The notes under the pieces were generated by a model. The model made no database searches. It was not told the DNA's origin and saw only the letters and a list, made by a program, of their open reading frames with translations. A stretch of 63,905 nt of DNA, filler included, from Dugesia japonica (lineage: Eukaryota): NCBI GenBank assembly GCA_001938525.1. It is 6 parts of 6 records of this genome, joined end to end, with 100 filler letters (N's around TTAATTAATTAA, not from the genome) between each part and the next. Parts side by side here need not be neighbours in the genome. Positions count along the whole stretch, not along the records: positions 1 to 14,080 come from MQRL01518261.1; 5 more parts are not named here. One strand, 5' to 3'. Positions 1-12,790 of the stretch are shown here, one piece after another (positions within the stretch are counted from its first letter, which is position 1; every line of letters begins with the position of its first letter). Made by a program: the position numbers and the translations under genes.

Positions 1-172
1 ATATGTGGCCTGATTAATAATATTATATTAATCGCAAACAAATTGTATTCACACGGTGGTTTCTTATCAGTTATTAATAAATGTTTCCATTATTATATGC
101 ATTACTATTAGTGCCTATCTTTGTGTACTCAATATCCATTTTATATGTACTGTATATGTTAATACACATGTA

Positions 173-174
<2 letters not shown>

Positions 175-241
<67 letters not shown>

Positions 242-291
242 NNNNNNNNNNNNNNNNNNNNNNNNNNNNNNNNNNNNNNNNNNNNNNNNNN

Positions 292-354
<63 letters not shown>

Positions 355-377
355 GTAATTATAATAATTATTATTAT
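175..377. repeat. (TAT)n microsatellite spanning an assembly gap
   Basis: Pure TAT repeats either side of an N run; source of the poly-Y/I/L ORFs. Confidence 0.95.
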
Positions 378-2235
378 TAATGGGTGAATTACTAGAATAA
401 ATCGTGACTTTTAAGAATTTTTTTTGTTATGTTTAACTGAAAATCGAAAAATAAAAGAAATTTTCCATAATTCAGGCAGTAAAATGGTATAAAAATCAAT
501 AAAGTATAATTTTCTCACAATTGCAGTTATTATTTTAACTAAGATTTTTATTTTTCGGTTGGTTGTTTTAATAAAAAACATGTTGTTTACCACAGTTAAA
601 CTATATTTAATTTGTTTTTTTGGTTTCCGTTCTAAAAATATTTTGCTCATGTATAAATAATAGAATTTACAAATAGTTTTTATATTAACAATATTTAAAT
701 GATATATGAAATAAATACAAGTAGATCTTTGTATAATTATTAATAATTATTAATATGGAATAGTTTAATATACATTTTTAAAAACATAGATTATCAGTGA
801 TTTATGAAATAAGGGGTTGTACCTGTATTATATTATCAAGAAAGTTAAGTGTACCTGAAACGAGTTTACAGGAATGGTGAAAAGATGAAAACGCTCAGGG
901 AATTTCTTCAGTTGATTGATATAGACTGTAAATCAGCTAGAAAAACAGTTAAATTGCCATAAAACCTTGACTTTAATACAGGTTTATACGATTTTTTTGT
1001 AAATCGTAAAGAAATTGTACTTTTATCAGACTTATTTTGCAATCTAAAGCTGTTGAATTAAAAGCATACTGGAATAAAAAATTAGGAACTGTTTTTATCG
1101 CGACTGTTTAAAAGAAACTGAAGATCTTGTGTTTTATTTCGAATATAATTCTGACAGAAGAAAAATTTGAAAAGGTAATTAATGATCAAATGATCTATCA
1201 ATTTGTAAATGATTAAAGTTCTAGTGGGTTTTACTAAATCTACTGAGGCAATTTGTCTTGATCTAATTGCTTCAAATAATTTAGATACGGAAAATAAATA
1301 TCAAATATCAAATACTATCCTACCTAATAAACATTCGTAAGTAGTCGATGTCGCCAAAAAGTTATTTGAATATTAAGAACAACAACTAATACGCAGCATT
1401 ACACATGAAATGAATAAAAATTAATGTCAAAACAAAGAAAATCAACAACTTTTTAAAATTTGGTGTTGGATTGCATATTATAAAAAGCTTTTTTGATAAA
1501 CATATCTAATAAATCTTTTGGCATAAAAAAGTTAAATATATAGTAATCCTGCATGTTATCTATAAAACATCAATACACCCAATTTTGTTTTTACATTTTA
1601 CGTTCCAGAAGAAATATACCACATATATGAAAAATAGAGGATCGGTTTCAGACTTTAAAAAATAGCGAAAATAATACAAAGAAGATAATAAAAATTCATT
1701 GTCTTGCTTACTTGCAATTTTAATTTCCATATAGATTGCATAAATAATAAAATTATTATTTATTTCAAAAAGGGAAACAAGTGTCTCAATAATTCATAAA
1801 CATTAAAAGTAAGGAAAATAAATATAAATTACACAAAAATTTATTGTTTTTAGTTCTAGTTTTCAGTCATAAAGAAACAAAGTATGTTCTTTATAAAAAT
1901 TATCAAAATTTAGTAATTTTAAAAAAAATTGTACATAGATTTTACAGGGTATTCCGAAAGAAAAAAAATTACATTTTATAAACTTTTCGAAAGAAATTAT
2001 TTGCATAATTATGTAAATCATTGAGATGTAAACTTATTTAAACATTATATGATAAGAGCTATCAATTTTTAAAATTTTTTCAAGTTTTATAATAAAGAAA
2101 AGTTCTTTGAAATATAAAAAATGAAAATTATTTTTTAAATTGAAAAATTTACAAATACAAGATGTAATTTTTTTTAAATAATAGTTTATATTTTGGATTT
2201 GAATAAATTTTAATCCGGAGAAATTTAATAATTAT

Positions 2236-3254
2236 AGTAAAAAGACTCGACATTAATGTTAAAGATTTATTTAAGAATAATATTTTGTATTATTTTAACA
2301 AAATTGACGGTTTAAATAATCACTATTTTCTAACTTCTCTCTCCATTGAAATTGAAACTCGTTTTAGCCATTCAATTCGTCTTGACTTTGGTTTATCTGG
2401 AAAATTTAGTAAAACTTGATGGGGACTTAAAAACTTATCAATCGTATACGGACCTTCATATATGTCTCCACGTTTATGAATATCATGAGGTTCTTTTTAT
2501 ACAAGAACCTTTTTACCAACTCTAAATTACCTTTGACCTCTTGTATCTGATCCGTACCTTCTTAATTCCTCCGTAACTCGTTTCATTTCTACTTTTGTTT
2601 CATTAACTATTATATTTGTTCATGATTAGCAGGTGTATTTCTCGAAAATCCATGTAATAGCACTTTTTGTCTATACAGAACTTCAAATGGAGAATTCTTT
2701 ATAGCGCTTTGATAAGTTGCATTAATGGAAAATTCAATCTTTTATGATTAAATAATCTTATAATTTTTGATTCTAACAAATCTTCAATTAATTTATCAAC
2801 TTTTTCTTCTAAATGCATTAGTTGCCTTCTTGGATTCTGAGAAATTNNNNNNNNNNNNNNNNNNNNNNNNNNNNNNNNAAAATCGATCCATATTTTCTAA
2901 TCAGATTTTCAATAAATGGAGTTCTGTTAGCAGCATAATTTAATGCCGTTTTAACACGATCACAATCCGTATGTTGTATTTACTTCTGAAGAACCGATCA
3001 ACTTTATTTCTGCCAAGAATAATCCACACAATTTCATCATACCAACGCCTCCTATATCAATTCGGCATCGTGATTGAGACCGTCAAAAAAACTTGGTTTC
3101 GGAATTTANATTTCTTGAGTTATTTTGAGGCAAATTTGAAAAGATCTTATGGCTTTCTTCGCGTTTCGCTTTTGTTAACTCATTAATTTCGGCGTGGTAA
3201 AATATACTCGAAATTAATATTAATATTGACTGTTTAAATAATCACTATTTTCCA
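2236..3254 (-). mobile_element. Small internally deleted Ty3/Gypsy LTR element (TRIM-like) with integrase C-terminal remnant
   Basis: Direct repeats ttgac(g/t)gtttaaataatcactattttc at ~2305 and ~3226, plus gtaaaa..actcga.attaat at ~2237 and ~3197; minus-strand polypurine tract atggagagagaag next to the left repeat; minus-strand GPYTIDKF..RRIEWLK (GPY/F integrase tail). Confidence 0.6.
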
Positions 3255-4296
3255 ATTATTATGATTGAAATATTCAAACACCAACAAGCGTTTCTTCTAA
3301 CATCTAATATGGTTTTTATTCTTTGAAATTTGATCGATTGTAATTTTGAAATAATCACCGTTAATGCGAATGACTAAAAAAACTATGTTTTATGTACAAT
3401 GTACACGTTACGCTTAAATAAAATTTTATGCATTGTTTTATGTTGTTACTATTTTACTTTTTTATTTCTGGTTATTAATCACTTTTAAATATGTATTTAC
3501 AAAGTCCAAGGACTTTTTGCGCACCCTGTATANNNNNNNNNNNNNNNNNNNNNNNNNNNNNNNNNNNNNNNNNNNNNNNNNNNNNNNNNNNNNNNNNNNN
3601 NNNNNNNNNNNNNNNNNNNNNNNNNNNNNNNNNNNNNNNNAGAAGAAGAAGAAGAATTTAAATAACTTAAATAAAATAATATGAAACTAAAATTAAATGA
3701 AATTAAAATAGAATGAGATGTATTATTGATTCTGCACTAATTAACCAATAAGTGGGTTTTAATTTTATCCCCATTTCAATTAACTCAAAATTACAAATAT
3801 TTATATTGTAATTGTTTTGTGTAATTATTTATTACTTTGTTATTTGTAGTTATCTTTTTCTGCTTTTTTTCAGTAGATAGAATTCATCAAAATAAATTTG
3901 ACCTTTATTCATCCCGATTTTTTTAATCATTGCGTTTCTTGTTATTACATCTTGTTCACGGTTTATTTTCTAAAGATTTGATAGAGTTGAAATATTTATC
4001 TATAGTTATTTGTGTATCTCACGTGAATCTGCTTGTGTATTACTAAATTCTGTAAATATTTTTTGTCAAGAATGCTATCTAAGGATTTATTTTCAGAAGT
4101 AACAAAAAAAACTATTCAACGTATTTAGAAAGATCATTTCATAAAAACAGGTAATGCCAATGATGGGTTAAAGCATGAAATAAAATAATGTTAATTTGAA
4201 TTTCAGTTTTGCAAAAAAAATATAACTGAGGTGTTTGTTTAGCTTAAATTTTTTACAGTTGAATTTTAATAACTCGACTCAATTTTTTACTTTTAG

Positions 4297-4504
4297 ATTT
4301 GTTTTTCGAAGATTCAATAAAGATCACATTTTCCAATCGATTTTGCATTTGTTGCAAACTTTTATTAGTTACCTAATTATGTTGGCTTTTATGACTTTCA
4401 ATGTATGGGTTTGTCTGTCGATTCTGCTAGGATCAATGATTGGATATTTTCTTTTTGGGTGGCGTAAATCATTGATTCTGGAAAACTTAGACCATTGTCA
4501 TTAG
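4297..4504 (+). CDS. SLC31A1: High-affinity copper transporter CTR1 (SLC31 family), terminal exon
   Basis: Acceptor ttttag at 4291-4296; HIFQSILHLLQTFISYLIMLAFMTFNVW..GSMIGYFLF..DHCH* contains the MxxxM TM2 motif, GxxxG TM3 motif and C-terminal HCH. Confidence 0.93.
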
Positions 4505-7189
4505 ATAAATAATTATAATTCAGTCAATAACTATAATCTGTTGTTATATAATGTGCTTTAAATAGTGTTGTTATTGAGTCTTGATTATTGAACGTAAAAT
4601 TTTCGATATTGTTTTTCTGTGAAATAAAATTTTGGATGAGTTGTTCAATTTTTAATTCATTGATTATCTAAAAGTTTATTTATGCATTTGTGTGAGAATC
4701 AGTCCAAAGTATTTTATTTAAATCAAAGTTCATTCAAGTGCAGTTTTTTTTTCAAATTCTCGAAAACGAAATAATGATTTCTTAATTGATTTACTTTTCG
4801 TTGGTTTTTATTGTAATTATAATTAAATAATCAATTGTAATGTGACTGTTAGATGAGTTTGAAGTACTCATCGTATCATCAATATCGAAACTCAAGAAAA
4901 TTTATTCACAAAACAAAACTATAACTAATAGTATTTGCTTATTCAAACAAATTAAAATCCCGTGTTTTAATTTATTATTAAAATTTTAATTTATTATTTA
5001 AATCTTTTTAAATCAAAGATTTTAAGAAAAATGATCATCAATCACACAAAAATTTCAACTCGCTTTTCAGAATACACTCCACAAGTGCAATATTTAATTT
5101 TATGAAGTATTTAATTCGAACAAATATGATGTTAAATTGTTTTCTAGAATTTTTTTTAAATTATCAATATTTCATAAAGATTCATTAAAAACTCGAATGT
5201 TACACGACTGTATTTTTGTTTATTTAAATCAAAGTTACAAAATAGACGTTGATAAAAAACAATTATTTATAAATAATATCATTTCATTAAAACAAAAGAT
5301 TTGATCAAATTTTTTTTGTTTTTGATAATATTTCGAATTTTAATTAAGTTAAATTTTAATAATTAAAAACTAAATATTAAAATTTTAATATATTTCTTTT
5401 AATTATAACATGTATAAAACATTAAATATACAGAAAATAATTTAAAAAATTGATCAAAACACAAATTTTCTTAAAAAAAATACAAAAGTTTTAATCGAAA
5501 TAATCTAATTTATTAATATTAATACAATAATTTAAAAATAATAATGATAATAATAATAATTTTATATAAATAGTTTTAAAAATTAAAAAATATAAGATTC
5601 AATAATAATAAAAATTAAATTGAACAAAAAATATATTTTTGATAATTATAAAAGATAATAAATTAAAAAAAAAGATAATTATAATTGAAATAAAATTTTA
5701 AAAATTTCAAATGAATAAAAATTATATTAAAAATATATCAAAATCCAACTAATAATTAAGCATTTAAGAAATTTTTTTCGATGTAATTTAAAATAAAAAT
5801 TTATAACTTAAATAAACCAATAAGATTTTTATAAAATATAAAGAATTTTGTAACAATGTTCTGTTATCGTTTAATCTATCAAAAAGTCATCATATTCCTA
5901 AATAAGACATATGTCGAAAATTTGAATTTCTATAAAAATACATTTTATTTTGATCGAAGCCTTTTCTTTATTTTAATGAAGTATCATTTTTTGTAAAANN
6001 NNNNNNNNNNNNNNNNNNNNNNNNNNNNTTTTTATTTAAATAAATGTTAGAAGAAAAATAAATTGTTATTAATAATGTGTAAGTAAGCCCGCTTCCTAAT
6101 AATAACTATTGCGGCAAATTAAACATTCCTGATAGTTATTTTTAGAGATAATTTTATTATTTTGTTTTAAATTAAAAATATACATTTGAAAAGTATTAGT
6201 AACTTAAATAAAATAGAAATTATTAAAATCAATAAAATGTATTATCATTATAAAAATTTGTACAATTACTTTTACAATTACAGTTTTATCGAAAGTGACA
6301 ATAATAAAAATAACTTATAAAAAATTGTTGGGTTTACATGATTTCAATCTGTGACTAGAAACATTTCATGGAATACCACAAACCTTTAGCATCGGATACT
6401 CCTTGTCCGCACCCGAAGAGATTCTGGTAACTCTCAGACGCACCAAGGTATTGTAACTTCTTTTTTTTCTTCGGGTTCAGCGGATGTGAGTACTAGTCCG
6501 CTATAGATTTTTAATTCTTCGGTAATTATTACCAACCTATATTGGAAGATTTTGACACACTCAGTGAAGATTTTAAGATAACCACAATACTGATTTTACA
6601 CAAGATGAGGAAATCCCACATTTTTTAAGAATGTTAAGTCCTAACTTTAATACATTACGATCATAATAAATTACACAAAATGTTTTCTTCATTTGACCTT
6701 CATAAGCAACTAATCATTTGGTTAGTCTGTTGCCACACTAAAATTTATATCTTTATTACTTATGTTGGGACGAAGCACCCAGAAGAATGAAAGCAAGATG
6801 GAAGGGGGTCATGAATGACCCAATATCAAGATAGTAACGACAGAATAAAACATTTTATGAAAAACAAGTACGAAAATCCGGACAATGATATTAAATGGGA
6901 AACTCAGAAGATCAAATTAAATGAGTGATTAATCATAATAATCGCAAAATTAGGAAAGTTATTAAAGAAAATAAATAAAAGAAGAAGAAATAAATACAAA
7001 AAAATAATAATTAATTTAAACAGAAAAATTAGTTAAAATTGAGACGAAATCTGTTTTATGCAAATAACTCTGGTCAGGAAAGTCGGAGGAAATCCTGGAA
7101 AGAAAATACGGAAAGAAGATAACAAGACGCATTAGAATTGGTAGGAAGCAAAAACTTACCATCATCCAGAAGGGTGCTGCAAGGCTTCC

Positions 7190-7400
7190 AAGATCGGGCC
7201 AATGAGAGACCTAAAAATAAAAATAGAACAAAGACACAATTATCAGGTGTCATGATAAAAATAGCTACCAATTGCTGCACCAAAACTTGTAGAAAATTTT
7301 GGAGAAGTGGCATTGGAGCCAATAGAATCGGAAAAAGGCCGATCTAAAAAATAATCAGCAAATCTAGAACAAGTCTCAGAAATGGTATAAAAAGACCCCT
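7190..7400 (+). promoter_or_regulatory. U3-like Pol II promoter of giant LTR copy 1
   Basis: CCAAT at 7199 and 7319, TATAAAAAG at 7386; TATAAAAAG(g)accc conserved at 24636 and 16305-16313(-). Confidence 0.7.
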
Positions 7401-9041
7401 GACTTTAACGAAAAAAACAACAAAAAAATTATATTTTCATTCCTTGACAGTTGTGTGGAATAATACAAAAAAATTAGATTTGAAAAGTTAATACGCGAAT
7501 TCAATTACTAAAACAAACTAATTTCGTATCAGTGGGAATTAAACCAGAAAAGTCCAAGTAAAAAATTGCACATAAACTTATCCTAAAATAATTATATTAC
7601 TTACAAAGGAGTGAGAAGAAGTCAACATCGACATAAATACACTTTGGTTCAGATCAATTGTTGTTTTCAGTCAAACACCCCGTTGCAGAAAGAAAAGTTG
7701 TGTATAAATAGTAAATATGCGTTATATTTTATATGAGTAATTTAATGAAAACTAATTGTTAATAAATTTTTGTTAACATGTTATTGGTTTATTTTATTAT
7801 TAGTCTAAATAATGATAGTATAAATTCGCAAAATAGCGATTCTGATCTTAAGCTGTTATATAAAATGTATTTTGCCCACAATTAATTCAATTACTCAACT
7901 GGAAAGGCAACCCGGTAAGAAAGTAACAGATGGATGCATACCCACCAACTTATATAACAAATGCTACTGCATATTATCACTTCTCGTCCCACTAGGCATG
8001 CAGCGTAGACAAGTTGATCAGAATAAATTCATGTCTACCCGTCAAGTTGCACAATTAATTTTTTAACCTGGTCATACTGATCGAGATAGGAGACAATTTA
8101 CTAACGGTAATGCGCTGTATAAGGCCTGGATAATAATCGATTAATTCAATTCACTAACCATGCATGTAAAACAATAACACCGCAATCACATACACACAGC
8201 TCGGTTGTAATGCATGCATGCCATGGCAATATTATTCCCAAAATATAGCTAACATAGCAATTCTTAAAACACGTTTCGCAACCTTGAAAGTGTCGCCAAG
8301 GGAAACGTAAATTACCCCAATTCAAATAATACCATTTATTAATATATTTATTAAACATTAAATTGTATTCAGTTATGCTTTCAGGATAGTGAGCCAGCTC
8401 TTAAGTAAATATATCTATAAAACTAAATTAAATTTCAAAGTGTAAAATGAATTATTTCAATTTACAAAGTGGCGAATAAATATTTAAAAAGAAGAAAAAT
8501 TTCTATTAACTGCTATACGGCAAGATGAATAAAATCTTTTACAATTCCCTTCTCAATCGTTTTCTAAAATTGATGGAGAGTATTGTTAGCGAAATGCAAA
8601 AAATTTATTAAAATCAAATCCGGCGTAAATCCAATGATGTATAATATCTTATGGAAAAGTATAACGATGATAAGATAGTTTATGATATTGAATATGGTAT
8701 CCGAAATGTGATGAAAAGCTTTAAGTTGATTTTAATAAAAACAATTTTAACCGTTTTATTAAATTTTAGAACTACAATTGAGAATTTATTGAATTGAATA
8801 GACATAAAATGAAGATTTTCAGGAAAGGTCGCTTTATTACCAGCTAATTTGCAGGGGCACTAATGATTCAAATGGAAAAGAAATACTTGATTTGACAACC
8901 ATATAAATTGTAGCTCCATTTATTTTTTGTTTAAACTTCTCTCATCAGTTTTTTGAAGCAGATACTGGAGTTAGACTGGGGGGATTGTTATAATTTACTA
9001 TGCTAATTAATGGTTAAATAAAAGATAATTTTTGTTGTCAG

Positions 9042-9187
9042 TTAAGAAAACCGGGCAGTGTGACCGACCCTTTCTCGAAAATACTAAAACTAATCCGGCT
9101 TGAAAGGCGTAAATCTCGGAAATGTTCCCCTTGATGTCTTCTGTAGATCTAGATGCAGGACAAGCATCACCTAAAACAGGAGTGTAA
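9042..9187 (+). pseudogene. Cassette ORF A, copy 1 (internal deletion)
   Basis: Acceptor gtcag at 9037-9041; VTDPFSKILKLIRLERRKSRK / MFPLMSSVDLD aligns with copy 2 ORF A ends; AATAAA at 9213. Confidence 0.7.
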
Positions 9188-9321
9188 TCTGTTAATTGCC
9201 TTTCTCGTATAAAATAAATGTACAAGTCGATTGACTCTAATTGTTAATTCTTTGGATTATTATTAATTAATTTAAAGAAAGTTATATATTATAATTGAAA
9301 CCACCTATCTGTTAATTATAG

Positions 9322-9701
9322 ACATAAAGTCAATTTGGGAAAGGGTCGTCGATAGGAGGACTCATCGAAAAATCTTTCGACGACACCACAATCCTCATAA
9401 TCGAGACGCGGGCATCTTGGCCGACCGATCCAATCTACCACCTGTAGAATCAATAGTGTCCCGTATAAGAGATTTTGGGGAACGCCAGCAGTATCAAAAC
9501 TGGACGGGACCTGATCGCACCCTTGCGACGTCTTTTCACTACCGACCTTCTGTTCCAGCTCCTGCTCCCGCAGTGCAGGCTTTCATCTCGAATCTTCTCT
9601 AGGAAGTCAGGGAGCCGAATGGTGTAACCGATGTTGAAAACACCGCCCCAACCCCGACAATAGTAATGATCCACACTAATCCTTTTGGTTGTCTGATATA
9701 A
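9322..9701 (+). pseudogene. Cassette ORF B, copy 1
   Basis: ttatag|AC ATA AAG..; IKSIWERVVDRRTHRKIFRRHHNPHNRDAGILADRSN homologous to B at 27145, 32907, 38949; TAG 9600 at a Trp position; AATAAA at 9701. Confidence 0.72.
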
Positions 9702-9947
9702 ATAAATAAGTGTTTTAGTTGCGGCTACTCTTAATTTTTTTTGGTTTTGTAAAATGAAATTCTGCTAATAAGGGAATGACATTGGATTTAATAACTTTCT
9801 TAAAAAAATAAAATAATAGTAATACCGAGTGATGTTATTAAACTGGATTAATCTTATTATTAATTTGGTGGACCAGACTACTTAGCTTTTCTGTTAGAAA
9901 TTAAACATCTGGTAAAGTGTACCATCTTTAAAAGGTTTATATTTTAG

Positions 9948-10306
9948 TGCATTCGTCATTAAACAAATCACAGGCTCCACGCAAAAAACTACGAGAGACA
10001 AGCGAAGACATTGATCTGACGTGGGACCTTTATAGATTAACTAAAAAGCGTTGGGAGGCCGATGTCGCTAATGCGGAGGCTAAGGTTAAGCGCTATAAAA
10101 CGAAATGCTTATCCTTCAAAGCCGAGGCTGAAGCCTCATATCAACAGGAGAGAGCCTGGAAGGACCAGTTAGACTCTCTGACCGAAATTATCCGGTCCTG
10201 CCACGACCGAGAGAATAAACTGGTAAACGAAATCCTCAAGCTAAAGAAACTCGTACTCCTGTCCCCCCTCATGGTAGATAAAGGCGGGCAGGTTCCTCGA
10301 TCTTAG
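9948..10306 (+). CDS. Cassette ORF C, copy 1 (intact ~119 aa, probable coiled coil, unknown function)
   Basis: attttag|TG CAT TCG..; open to TAG; homologs at 27703 and 33510; AATAAA at 10326. Confidence 0.78.
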
Positions 10307-10440
10307 TTATTTTGTGACTCTAGTTAATAAAAATTTCTGTTGTCTTCGTTGTTCTCTTATTTTCAACCTAATTATGTCATCATCTATATTCAATGCTATT
10401 AATGTGTTTTGAATACTCATGAACTAATTCTTTTATTTAG

Positions 10441-10823
10441 TGCTACGAATTAGTTTTCCCAACAGCGTCCGAAGATGCCATCGCATTATGCGACGCCTTC
10501 TTATTGAGAGGCACTTAAAACGTAAGGCAGATCGGGCCATCCTCAAACATTTAGCCCAACGTGACCAACTAATAAAAAAGTTGGATCTGATAATTAGAAA
10601 ACAGAATGATTTAGCGTCCCAAACCAAGGCCCTCGAGACAGAAAATAAACAACTACTGTTGAGAAAGATAGAATTCCTTAAACAGTATATAGCCGACCTC
10701 TCCCGCCAGATAAACAATCCAACGTTAATACAATAGGACGATGGTGAAGATATCGCCACCTTCAACTTTTCTATAACCGACCCGACCCAGTGGTTGGATC
10801 CTTGGGCGCTAGATTTGATTTAA
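10441..10823 (+). pseudogene. Cassette ORF D, copy 1 (basic N-terminus, coiled coil, acidic QWLDP tail; one W->stop)
   Basis: tatttag|TG CTA CGA..; TAG 10734 aligns with TGG in copy 4; read-through gives DDGEDIATFNFSITDPTQWLDPWALDLI*; AATAAA ~10842. Confidence 0.75.
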
Positions 10824-11399
10824 TTTCTTTTTTGTTTATAAAATAAATGATATAGAATTAATATTGTATTTTCCTTCTTCACTAAAAGATGTAGGGAAAA
10901 GTGAAGCCAAATACAAAGGTTTATGGGTGTGCACCTCCCATTAAGAGAGAGATCAACCGCCATAAACTGAAGACCTACCCTAGGGTCGGTAAGGTAAATT
11001 TTTGAAAGGGTTCCCCTGAGGGCTGTTTTTCCCCAGCCACGTTATTTTTTAACTCAACTCAGGAGGGACCTCAACACTTATATTCTTTACATATTTAAAC
11101 AGTTATTAATTTTAATCTTACAACTTGATTTTCTGTAATCTACACATATTTATGCAATTAAAGACGAGTTACATTTCTGATTTTTTTCGACGAGATTGAG
11201 TACTAATGATATGTTTGAATTCATTTAAATTAAATTTTCAACACAGTTGTCTTTTCATTCTAAGCCAATATTCGTTTTCGAAATTCAAACTTTTCGATTA
11301 CAGTGATTAGTCTCTTACGTCAAGGTTATAACAATGATCCATCAGTTACAAACATAAATTATTCGAAACTGAATATCATCGAAATAACAATTAAAGAAA

Positions 11400-12790
11400 A
11401 CTACGCATGAAAATCAAGGATCATAGAACAGTTGTGTAGCTGACGAAGCAACAAGAAGTTAGAATAAACCGATAAAATAAACGATACTTTTGAGGGTTTA
11501 ATGAAAGCTCTATTGACTGCATCAATATTATGTTTTTCTGAAATAAAAAAAGAATTTATATTAGACACAGATGTCAGGTTTGATACGATTGGATCAGTAT
11601 TGTCGCTGAGAGGTAAAGAAGAAAGCTAAAAGGTTGCGGCTTATGGATTACACTCAATCAAAGGTTATGAAAAAGGATACTGCATCACACGAAAAGATTT
11701 ATTAGCTACTTATTATTTCTGCATGCATTTCAAACATTACTATACGATATAAGATTCACTCTTAGGAAAGATTATAAGGCTCTTACCTTTAGAATGACAA
11801 CGAATAAATCATTTACGGCACAATTCCAGACATGGATTAACTAGCTGAGTAGTCTAGACATGATATCAGAATGTAGAAAAGGAATTCAACATGGTAATAC
11901 AGATATGTTATTTAGACCAAGATGCGAAGTATGTGTACATTGTAAAATGTCACATAAAGATTCCAGGAAAGGGAAGATTAAAACAATAGTACTGATCACA
12001 ATAGAAAAATATAAAGATGGCCAATTAAACATTTCTGAAGAAAAAGATTTAATCAAGAAAATTGATTTTCCGGATTTCGAAATACATGAAACAATGGAAG
12101 AAATACACAAATAATTATGTCATGCAAGAGTTGAAAAGGTGTACGAATATATGATAGACAAATACATTGCGAAGAATTTGTGGAGCCAAATAGTTCATAG
12201 GATAGTTCATAGTTGTGAAATTTGTCAGAAGGCTAATGTAGTGACGACAGCAATTAAAGAGAAGACAAAAAGATTAGAAGCTACCAATTTGTTTGAAGTC
12301 ATATTTATAGATGTATGTTAGCTAATGTAGGAAACAAGTGGACAAAAATACAAACTTAGAACATAAGACCAGTTCGGGACAATTCGAGATTTAATAAATG
12401 CAACACTTTAGGAATGAAAGAAAACAGATTTGGCAGACATTTTACCAGAAATTGATATTACTTTAAACGCAACAAAGCAGAACAGAAGTAGAAAGAGTCC
12501 AGCTGAGATCGCATCTGGAAAGAAAATTATCAAGAAAAGTTGTACGAGTCAGAATTTTCAGATAGAATTAAAGAAAACATTTCAAAAGTAACTAGAGAAC
12601 TCAAAGTAGGAGATTATGTGCTCATCAAGGTAGAAACAAGAAAAAAAGTCAAGACAGAATTCAGGGTCCTTATCGAATAATTGAGAAAATTCACGAAAGA
12701 CGGTATGTGATACAAGGAGAAAATGGACAGCGATTAGAAAAAAATGTAGAAAAACTTAGAAAGTTTCTTAAGAAGGAGAATATAAGGAAA
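11400..12790 (+). mobile_element. Decayed Ty3/Gypsy pol (RNase H-integrase) with PPT
   Basis: FILDTD.., AQFQTWIN, RKGIQHGNTD, CEICQK, FEVIFID, GPYRI; PPT aagaaggaga ~12770; same family as 37440-38632(-). Confidence 0.88.

Larger units (their letters stand above)
6763..11076 (+). mobile_element. Giant (4314 bp) LTR-like unit, copy 1, complete (solo LTR or non-autonomous element) carrying ORF cassette A-D
   Basis: Starts TGTTGGGA, ends CTCAACA; perfect 4-bp TSD CTTA at 6759-6762 and 11077-11080; 5' end homologous to 23987 and 16889(-), 3' end homologous to 34445-34623. Confidence 0.88.

Noticed and set aside
56-387. Poly-Tyr/Ile/Leu ORFs (also 46771, 47831) and X-rich ORFs
   Set aside because: Microsatellite and N-gap artefacts.
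800-1740. Possible decayed transposase (also 53900-54810)
   Set aside because: Coding-like composition but no motif I can identify confidently.
7074-7347. ORFs in the LTR promoter region (7074, 7138, 16358, 16774, 24185)
   Set aside because: Frames are not conserved between homologous copies; the region carries CCAAT/TATA motifs.
10734-10736. Alternative genetic code or read-through, since stops fall at conserved Trp/Gln positions in cassette ORFs
   Set aside because: TAG, TGA and TAA all occur, at different sites in different copies, mostly one transition from TGG/CAR; host genes end at standard stops. Ordinary pseudogene decay under AT bias.
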